A stretch of DNA of 64,000 nt from a virus (lineage: Duplodnaviria > Heunggongvirae > Uroviricota > Caudoviricetes). Position 1 is the stretch's first letter. Each line of letters starts with the position of its first letter. Location of the stretch: the IMG/VR virus record IMGVR_UViG_3300025942_000001, one strand, 5' to 3'. Below the pieces are notes generated by a model that was given only the letters and a program-made list of their open reading frames with translations, did not search any database and was not told where the DNA came from. Shown here in pieces: positions 58,338 to 64,000 of the stretch. Both the position numbers and the translations under genes were made by a program.

Positions 58338-58847
58338 ATGATTAAAACCCCTAAACCTGGAGATTACGGATTAACGACTATTGGTGGCGTCCTAGGCTTC
58401 TTTGTAAGCTTAGGACAACATCTAGCTGGTGACTCAAGTAAGTATACTCATGCTTTTATTGTACTTGATGATAATACAGTCATGGCAGCTCAACCTGGCG
58501 GTGCTAGAATAGACAAGCTTAGTGACTACACCAATCGTGCAATCTACTCAGGCGCGAACTTGACAGACACACAGCGACACGCTATAGTAGAGCAAGCAAG
58601 AGCGCTTGAAGGTATTCCATACAGCTTTTTGGACTATCTAGCAATTGCCTTAGCAAGATTTGGTATTAAGCCAAAATGGTTAACTAATTTTATAGCCAAC
58701 AAGAAGCATATGATCTGTTCTCAACTTGTTGACGAAGTTTATCGACATGCTGGAATACAACTTTTTAATGATGGAAGATTACCCCAAGAAGTTACACCAG
58801 GCGATTTATTATATATTTTAGCCGGGGAACAAGACTGGATTGAATAG
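58338..58847 (+). CDS. hypothetical protein, possibly a permuted papain-fold (His-before-Cys, NlpC/P60-like) hydrolase
   Basis: A His in YTHAFIV precedes a Cys in MICSQLV. This is weak support. Confidence 0.3.
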   Translation: MIKTPKPGDYGLTTIGGVLGFFVSLGQHLAGDSSKYTHAFIVLDDNTVMAAQPGGARIDKLSDYTNRAIYSGANLTDTQRHAIVEQARALEGIPYSFLDYLAIALARFGIKPKWLTNFIANKKHMICSQLVDEVYRHAGIQLFNDGRLPQEVTPGDLLYILAGEQDWIE

Positions 58848-59013
58848 TGTCCTTTACACAGAAGTGTAGATATTGTAATGAAAAGCTAACTTCAGTTAGT
58901 AGAAATACTTTTAATATGACAATGAAAAATCATGTTATGAATAGATGTAAGAAAGCTACATCGGCTATTAAAAGAGTATGGATAGATCAATAAAATAAGC
59001 CCACTTGGGCTAT

Positions 59014-59087
59014 ACCCCGTTAGCTCATGCGGACAGAGCGACAGCCTTCTAAGCTGTAGGTAATTGGTTCAAATCCAATACGGGGTG
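59014..59087 (+). tRNA. tRNA-Arg (TCT)
   Basis: The acceptor accccgt pairs with acggggt. The D-arm reads gctc-atgcggaca-gagc. The anticodon stem is acagc/gctgt with loop ctTCTaa. The T-arm is attgg-ttcaaat-ccaat. Confidence 0.7.
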
Positions 59088-59228
59088 CAAGTAGAATTCT
59101 AGATATCTACGAGTCAATATGGCGGTTCGAATCCGTAAGGGAAACATATTGATGACAGAGTAAACACTTTCCAGCGATGTTATGCGTAGTGAACGTGTAA
59201 TATATCGAGTGGCTGTGTTGCTCTTTAA

Positions 59229-59300
59229 CTGCCTATGTCCGAGTGGTTTAGGAAATCGTCTGCAAAACGATTCACGCCGGTTCAATTCCGGCTAGGCAGT
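59229..59300 (+). tRNA. tRNA-Cys (GCA)
   Basis: The acceptor ctgccta pairs with taggcag. The anticodon stem is atcgt/acgat with loop ctGCAaa. The T-arm is gccgg-ttcaatt-ccggc. The discriminator is T, as is typical for Cys. Confidence 0.65.
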
Positions 59301-59315
59301 CTTTTGAGGTGAAGA

Positions 59316-59618
59316 ATGACAAGAGAACAAATACTAGCTGATATACTTACTATGATAGAAGCAATGCCGGATTATTACAGTCTATCCGCATTGCAAACTA
59401 TAGCAGCTAATAAACAATATACAATATTACAACTGGCAGAACACCCGCTTGGTGAAGGTAAATTTAGACTGGATTATGTAGTAAATAAAGCCAGCACCCC
59501 GGATAGATTTATGGTACAGATTTTCGCTGATGGTGTTGGTGGAGATTTCTATAATACATATTCAGATATAACAGATGTTGTTATTGTAGAATACAATAGT
59601 TCACAATATGACGTATAA
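59316..59618 (+). CDS. hypothetical protein
   Basis: ORF of 100 aa. Confidence 0.4.
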   Translation: MTREQILADILTMIEAMPDYYSLSALQTIAANKQYTILQLAEHPLGEGKFRLDYVVNKASTPDRFMVQIFADGVGGDFYNTYSDITDVVIVEYNSSQYDV

Positions 59619-59675
59619 CATGTATATATGATACACTGTTCATGGAATTAGCTTTCCGAAAGGATAGGTGACAAC

Positions 59676-59747
59676 ATGGACCCGATATTCTGGTTACTAA
59701 TCATTCTGGTAATTCTAGCTATTATCTTTGTTGCAAGACGAGTATAA
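59676..59747 (+). CDS. tiny hydrophobic peptide (23 aa)
   Basis: MDPIFWLLIILVILAIIFVARRV, with an RBS AAAGGATAGG. Confidence 0.25.
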   Translation: MDPIFWLLIILVILAIIFVARRV

Positions 59748-59749
59748 TG

Positions 59750-59770
59750 GAAGCTAGCCGAAAGGCTAGC
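59750..59770 (+). repeat. 21-nt hairpin repeat gaagctagccGAAAggctagc (copy 2)
   Basis: It is identical to 53558-53578. Confidence 0.6.
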
Positions 59771-59876
59771 GAGGCCCTTTAGTTTAATAGCAAAACCACG
59801 GTGTTACATACCGTAGTAGAGGGGGCAGAACCTTCAAGGGCTACAATATTGTTTAAGATGTGGTATAATCTTAAAC

Positions 59877-60314
59877 ATGAAAGAGTGTAAGATATGTAAA
59901 AATGTAAAGTCTTTAGAAGATTTTCATAATAATAAGAATTTCCCCGATGGGAAAATGAGAGAATGTAAACCTTGCAATAATTCTAGAGCATCCGCATGGG
60001 GTAGAAATAATCCAGATAAAGTTAAATCCCCAGAAGCTTATCTAAAAAGAAATGCAATGCGACACGGGATTACTCAAGAGGAATTCCTATCTCTAAGAGA
60101 TTCACAAGATAATTTATGTGCTATATGTAAAATTTCAATACCTACATCAATAGATCATAATCATAATTGCTGTAATGGTACATATTCTTGTGGTTCTTGT
60201 ATAAGAGGATTATTATGTGGCAAGTGTAATAGGGGTATAGGTCATTTTAATGATGATATTGCGTTATTAAGTAACGCAATAGATTATTTAAATAAATTTA
60301 AATCTATACCTTAA
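59877..60314 (+). CDS. HNH endonuclease
   Basis: CAICK...IDHNHNCC...CGKCNRGIGHF. A TGgTATAAT extended -10 lies just upstream. Confidence 0.55.
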   Translation: MKECKICKNVKSLEDFHNNKNFPDGKMRECKPCNNSRASAWGRNNPDKVKSPEAYLKRNAMRHGITQEEFLSLRDSQDNLCAICKISIPTSIDHNHNCCNGTYSCGSCIRGLLCGKCNRGIGHFNDDIALLSNAIDYLNKFKSIP

Positions 60315-60364
60315 TACCGTAGTCAAAGGTTCGATTCCTTTAGGGGCCACTCATATTACTGAAA

Positions 60365-60586
60365 ATGAGGATAAAAATGGCATATCATTTAAGTAGTGAT
60401 GCTAAAAAACTATGTTTGCTAAAATTTACACTTGCAAATTTGAATTCAAAAGATCCAAATAAAGATGCAGTTGCTAAAGAATTAGCATACATGGAGAAAA
60501 AGGTTAGAAAGAGTGTTGGTCGCAGAGACTGGCCTTTATTAAAAGCGGCAATTGATGGTTACTATAATATGACCTACGGAAAGTAG
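60365..60586 (+). CDS. hypothetical protein
   Basis: ORF of 73 aa. Confidence 0.35.
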   Translation: MRIKMAYHLSSDAKKLCLLKFTLANLNSKDPNKDAVAKELAYMEKKVRKSVGRRDWPLLKAAIDGYYNMTYGK

Positions 60587-60592
60587 TTTAAA

Positions 60593-60739
60593 ATGAATAA
60601 TAGCTTTAGATTTGCAATCTTGGTTGGCCTGCAAAGACTTCCAAACTTATACGAGGGTACTGTGTTTGGTGCTGAAAAAGCCAAACGGAGAGCCAAAGGC
60701 AAGCTAGCACGTAAGGCCCGGCGGCTAAACAGAGCTTGA
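60593..60739 (+). CDS. small basic protein (48 aa)
   Basis: The C-terminus is Arg- and Lys-rich. Its 3' end overlaps a promoter element. Confidence 0.25.
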   Translation: MNNSFRFAILVGLQRLPNLYEGTVFGAEKAKRRAKGKLARKARRLNRA

Positions 60740-60764
60740 CAAGTCTCCAGAGACTTGCTAGACT
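60736..60764 (+). promoter_or_regulatory. promoter TTGACA-N17-TAGACT
   Basis: The elements are exact matches to the consensus. Confidence 0.5.
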
Positions 60765-60905
60765 ACTAACTACAAGGTGGACGAAAGCCACTAGGCCACT
60801 GGTCTGGCAGGCCCGATGGGAAGTCTTAAATGGTGTGCAGCATTTATTAAACTGAAAGCTGCTGTATCCTCGGCACCAGCCTTGTTTCTAACTTGAGGAG
60901 AGAAA

Positions 60906-61064
60906 ATGCGCGAGAGAAGAGAATGTTTTCTTTGTGGTGATGTTGGAACTGTAGCCAAGAGACAAGATGATCATACCGGAAAATGGTTTTGTGCATCTAA
61001 AAAGACTGGCGACAAGAAAACTTGTCTAGCTATTGCTAGACAAACCATGCAAAGAAAGAAATAA
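60906..61064 (+). CDS. small Cys-rich protein (52 aa)
   Basis: CFLCGD...FCASKK...C. An RBS GGAGAG is present. Confidence 0.4.
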   Translation: MRERRECFLCGDVGTVAKRQDDHTGKWFCASKKTGDKKTCLAIARQTMQRKK

Positions 61065-61184
61065 TAACTTAATGGTACTGTAGCCCAAAGAAAGAGGCAG
61101 CGGGATATAAACCGTGACAGTGTGAAAGCTAGTCAGGTGTGCGCTTTGTTTTATCAAAGCAATGACCTCACCAGTACCATGTAA

Positions 61185-61277
61185 GCCCCCTTGGCGTAAT
61201 CTGGCAGCCGCGCTGCACTCAAAATGCAGTTTCTTCGGAAGTACCGGTTCGAATCCGGTAGGGGGCACTTGACTTAG
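61185..61277 (+). tRNA. tRNA-Leu (CAA), class II
   Basis: The acceptor gccccct pairs with agggggc. The anticodon stem is ctgca/tgcag with loop ctCAAaa. It has a long variable arm. The T-arm is accgg-ttcgaat-ccggt. Confidence 0.6.
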
Positions 61278-61303
61278 AATGCATAACGTGGTATTCTAAG
61301 TTT

Positions 61304-61753
61304 ATGTTTAAAACGTGCTCAAAATGCCTCAGTGTAAAAGATATAAATCTATTCCCTTGGAAAAGTAAGTCTCTTGGGAAAAAATCATCTTATTGCAAAG
61401 ACTGTCAAAAAGCTTTATCTAAAGATCATTATATTAGAAATAAGGCTTTATATTCAAATAAAGCAAAAATTAATAACAAATCTTATAAAACAAGAAATTA
61501 TCAATACGTATTAGAACATCTTCTACATAATCCATGTGTAGATTGTGGAGAGACGGATGTAGAAGTATTACAATTTGATCATATAGAAATGATAGGATCA
61601 TCTGGTAAGCGTATAGGCCACTATATGGCAGGCTCAATAGAGGCTTTGCAAAAAGAAATAAATAAATGTCAAGTAAGATGTGGAAATTGTCATATCAGAA
61701 GAACCAGATCACAAATGGGATGGTTCAGAATAAGCCCCGATGGCGGAAATTAG
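61304..61753 (+). CDS. HNH endonuclease (paralog of the 49871 gene)
   Basis: CVDCGETDVEVLQFDHIE...CGNCH. Confidence 0.65.
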   Translation: MFKTCSKCLSVKDINLFPWKSKSLGKKSSYCKDCQKALSKDHYIRNKALYSNKAKINNKSYKTRNYQYVLEHLLHNPCVDCGETDVEVLQFDHIEMIGSSGKRIGHYMAGSIEALQKEINKCQVRCGNCHIRRTRSQMGWFRISPDGGN

Positions 61754-61815
61754 GTATACGCACCATACTTAGAATGTGGCTCTTCGGAATGCAGGTTCGA
61801 ATCCTGTTCGGGGTA
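61734..61815 (+). tRNA. tRNA-Leu (TAG), class II, overlapping the 3' end of the HNH gene
   Basis: The acceptor gccccga pairs with tcggggt through a G-U wobble. The D-stem is gcg/cgc. The anticodon stem is ccata/tgtgg with loop ctTAGaa. The variable arm is 11 nt. The T-arm is gcagg-ttcgaat-cctgt. Confidence 0.45.
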
Positions 61816-61834
61816 CGTTATATTTTAACAATAT

Positions 61835-61906
61835 ATTCGGTTGGACTAACGGCTAAGTCGCCTTGCCCTAGGTTAGGAGATGCGAGTACGATTCTCGTAC
61901 CGAATA
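61835..61906 (+). tRNA. tRNA-like gene with anticodon CTA (amber-suppressor-like). It may be a pseudo-tRNA.
   Basis: The acceptor attcggt pairs with accgaat. The D-stem is gact/agtc. The anticodon loop is ccCTAgg, with C at position 33. The T-loop is tacgatt rather than ttcgatt. One anticodon-stem pair is a T-T mismatch. Confidence 0.35.
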
Positions 61907-61911
61907 CTATA

Positions 61912-61982
61912 CCTCTCGAATTGTAATGGTTGCATACAGAATTGTGACTTCTGTGGAGCGGATTCGATTTCCGTCGGGGGGA
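61912..61982 (+). tRNA. tRNA-His (GTG) with discriminator A73 and no encoded G-1
   Basis: The anticodon stem cagaa/ttctg is perfect, with loop ttGTGac. The T-arm is gcgga-ttcgatt-tccgt. The acceptor cctctcg pairs with cgggggg through two G-U wobbles. The D-stem is weak. Confidence 0.45.
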
Positions 61983-62018
61983 CTTTATTGGTTATCACGT
62001 AATCTCCGGAGGTTGATA

Positions 62019-62222
62019 ATGAGCTGGTCAACAGGTGACAAATCAAATAGAAGTCTTAAAAAGACGGAAAAACATCCTTGTGATGTATGTGGTTTGTCAG
62101 TAGATCATTATATTGATGGAACAATTAGTAAACATAAGGTCTTTCTTTATAAGAAACTAAAGAATGGTTCTTATCAGAAAACTAGTAATTGGGCCTATTG
62201 CGATAATAAGAAGTGGCGATAA
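62019..62222 (+). CDS. zinc-ribbon protein (67 aa)
   Basis: An RBS GGAGG is present. The Cys pattern is CDVCG...YCDN. Confidence 0.4.
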   Translation: MSWSTGDKSNRSLKKTEKHPCDVCGLSVDHYIDGTISKHKVFLYKKLKNGSYQKTSNWAYCDNKKWR

Positions 62223-62341
62223 TGGCTTCGAAACAAAAGTGTGCTAAGTGTGGTAAGAATGTCATGCATTATGATGACCGTTCAATAGAAGTACATAAGC
62301 CACCTGGAGAGACCTTCTATTGTAATAGGAAGACTTATTAA
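62222..62341 (+). CDS. small zinc-ribbon protein (39 aa)
   Basis: KCAKCGKN...FYCN. Confidence 0.3.
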   Translation: MASKQKCAKCGKNVMHYDDRSIEVHKPPGETFYCNRKTY

Positions 62342-62508
62342 TGAGTAAACCTGGATATGGAATTATTGTTTACTATAAAAACGGTAAGACTCTAAAGCAG
62401 GTAGTAGCCAACAATCCGCATACTAGAAATAGAGTTATTAAACTATGGCTTAAGAAACCAGATGTTGATAAAGTAGAAAAGTATACTGAAAAAGATTATT
62501 TACCATAA
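62341..62508 (+). CDS. small protein family B member (55 aa)
   Basis: MSKPGYGIIVYYKNGKTLKQVV is a paralog of the ORF at 40851. Confidence 0.45.
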   Translation: MSKPGYGIIVYYKNGKTLKQVVANNPHTRNRVIKLWLKKPDVDKVEKYTEKDYLP

Positions 62509-62522
62509 GTCGAAAGGCTTAA

Positions 62523-62593
62523 GCCGGTAAGCGTAGGATGTGCGAGCGACTCTGTAAAAGTCTACTCTTGGAGTTCAAATCTCCATACCGGTA
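62523..62593 (+). tRNA. tRNA, probably Tyr (GTA), with a short D-loop
   Basis: The acceptor gccggta pairs with taccggt. The anticodon loop is ctGTAaa on a 4-bp stem. The T-arm is tggag-ttcaaat-ctcca. Confidence 0.4.
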
Positions 62594-62700
62594 CTTTGAC
62601 TGATTAAGTTAGGACAATTGGCTTATGAGCTGGGTCAAAAGTCAGGGCTTAGGCTATATAAGGGCGAAATGCAGTCAATAACAGGCTCTTGGAAGAATGG

Positions 62701-62798
62701 CAACTGTTGGGAATGTTGCACCCTGCAAATATAGCGGGGATTGATTGGACGCAATCATAAAACGTAGGTTCGAGTCCTTCTTCTTCCACTTCATATAA
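62701..62798 (+). tRNA. class-II tRNA-like gene, anticodon unresolved
   Basis: The acceptor ggaagaa pairs with ttcttcc. The D-stem is gcaa/ttgc. The long variable arm forms gattg...caatc. The T-arm is gtagg-ttcgagt-ccttc. The anticodon stem-loop ccctgc-aaatata-gcgggg does not give a standard anticodon. Confidence 0.3.
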
Positions 62799-62811
62799 TG
62801 AAAGGTATAAA

Positions 62812-63039
62812 ATGATTACTATCAGAGAACTAATTGAGCAACTTCAAGTTCTACCGCCGGAAACAACAGTATGGGTTGCAACTGATAATGAAGGTAATTA
62901 TTACAGGCCTCTTTGGCAGGTAGCAATGATGGATACATTTGAAACAGAAGAATACGACGATGGTGTTGAAAAATGGTACAAGGATGTATTCAAGCGTCTA
63001 GGTGACGAAGAAGTCTTAATGCTTTGGCCGGCTGACTAA
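62812..63039 (+). CDS. hypothetical protein
   Basis: ORF of 75 aa, with an RBS AAAGG. Confidence 0.4.
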   Translation: MITIRELIEQLQVLPPETTVWVATDNEGNYYRPLWQVAMMDTFETEEYDDGVEKWYKDVFKRLGDEEVLMLWPAD

Positions 63040-63326
63040 TGCTTGATCCCAATGATGATATGATTTTTACGGTTGAAGATTTTCGAGGTATTACCGTAAA
63101 GATTGGTGATTTGATCGCCCGTGGTTTTGTTGTCGGACGAAGTGGACATACCAGAATTGGTAAAGTATTACAGTTCAAGCGAATCCCACAAGATGTTGGT
63201 AAACCAAACTACTATATCCAAGTTGATTGGATTATGGGAGAAGGATGGGGATTGCCAGCTAAACCAACACTTCTTTTTGTTATTCCATCAAAAAATAATG
63301 ACTTCTTTATCGTAGACCTACCCTGA
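63039..63326 (+). CDS. hypothetical protein
   Basis: ORF of 95 aa. Confidence 0.4.
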   Translation: MLDPNDDMIFTVEDFRGITVKIGDLIARGFVVGRSGHTRIGKVLQFKRIPQDVGKPNYYIQVDWIMGEGWGLPAKPTLLFVIPSKNNDFFIVDLP

Positions 63327-63333
63327 GGTAATA

Positions 63334-63840
63334 ATGACTGATTATATTGATCTTAATTACAAGGTTCAACCTGATGATAAAACAACCAAACGACAATATG
63401 TTGAAGTAAGACGTAGTCGCGCTAGATATGGACTTCACTATATCGATACATGGTCACTAGACCGCTATCTAGCCATTGTTATTTCTAATTCACTAAAGAT
63501 GCTTGCTAACAATACTCAGTCTTTCCCTGGCATTGAACCTTTTGATCATCCAGATAACTGGATTGAAGCTCTTCTTTATCATGCTGAAAGCTTCAAACTT
63601 TATGCCGAACGTGGTAAGTTTGAGACCGAATCTCATGGTGATTATGAATGGCCTGAACATGATTGGGATGATTATTTTCGAGAAGAAGACGGTCATACAT
63701 ATTGGAATCTTCCCGAAGATGAAGAAGAGCCAATGCGTCTATGGTCTGAAAAATGCCGGTGGAATGAAAGAGTCACCAAAGAACGTATCGATGACTCCCT
63801 TGACTTTCTAAAAGAATGGTGGGAAGCACTATGGGACTAG
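63334..63840 (+). CDS. hypothetical acidic protein
   Basis: ORF of 168 aa. Confidence 0.4.
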   Translation: MTDYIDLNYKVQPDDKTTKRQYVEVRRSRARYGLHYIDTWSLDRYLAIVISNSLKMLANNTQSFPGIEPFDHPDNWIEALLYHAESFKLYAERGKFETESHGDYEWPEHDWDDYFREEDGHTYWNLPEDEEEPMRLWSEKCRWNERVTKERIDDSLDFLKEWWEALWD

Positions 63841-64000
63841 ATCATACAAGATATATTGTCTTTCTTAAGAGTGCTATTTTTTATCAAAATGCTAATACAG
63901 GCCAAAGAATTGGTCAAGCGTATTATAACTGCTTTAGGATCATGTGGCCAGGATTTGAACGTGAAATTGTGAACACAGAATTTGATTGTTTTAATGATGA

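Noticed and set aside
59049-59285. Minus-strand ORF of 78 aa
   Set aside because: It covers tRNA-Arg (TCT) and tRNA-Cys.
61026-61268. Minus-strand ORF of 80 aa
   Set aside because: It covers tRNA-Leu (CAA).
1-64000. CRISPR array or integrase/attachment site
   Set aside because: No spaced direct repeats longer than 20 nt were found apart from the 21-nt hairpin duplicate. No tyrosine or serine recombinase motif was seen in any ORF.

Overview
The window is a densely packed, single-orientation region of a large, AT-rich double-stranded DNA bacteriophage genome. All convincing genes are on the + strand, and the minus-strand ORFs in the supplied track look spurious. 

Gene order, start to end:
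- **1-15.3 kb, tail module.** A tape-measure protein that is truncated at its 5' end and carries a lytic-transglycosylase-like motif and an M23 peptidase domain at its C-terminus. A 1267-aa tail tip or baseplate protein. A 1635-aa fibre rich in fibronectin type III domains.
- **16-30.5 kb, replication and recombination.** A metallophosphoesterase, DnaB-like helicase, DnaG-like primase, DnaE-type polymerase III alpha, dUTPase, RecA-like recombinase, Cas4-like nuclease and RuvC-like resolvase.
- **30.6-33.6 kb, sugar and methylation cluster.** Two glycosyltransferase-like genes, a SAM methyltransferase and an NAD-dependent epimerase.
- **33.7-37.0 kb, packaging.** Small and large terminase subunits, then an HNH endonuclease.
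- **37.5-63.9 kb, accessory island.** About 20 tRNA or tRNA-like genes are read by hand here. Several isoacceptors are duplicated: Lys three times, and Asn, Glu, Arg and Leu twice each. There is an amber-suppressor-like tRNA with a CTA anticodon, and a tRNA-His with A73 and no encoded G-1.

The tRNAs are interleaved with other genes in the island:
- Two families of tiny paralogous proteins.
- HNH endonucleases.
- A pectate-lyase-like tailspike.
- A small module of macro domain, HAD phosphatase and MazG-like protein.
- A Ro60 (TROVE plus vWA) homologue flanked by a tRNA and by a candidate Y-RNA-like element.
- An SPFH (band-7) membrane protein and a second metallophosphatase.
- A Thg1-like tRNA-His guanylyltransferase and an Hsp90-like GHKL ATPase.

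Recurrent sigma70-like promoters of the form TTGACA-N17-TAGACT, and GAAA-tetraloop hairpins abutting tRNA 5' ends, punctuate the island. 

All calls come from reading the sequence and the ORF translations by eye. No searches or RNA-folding tools were run.
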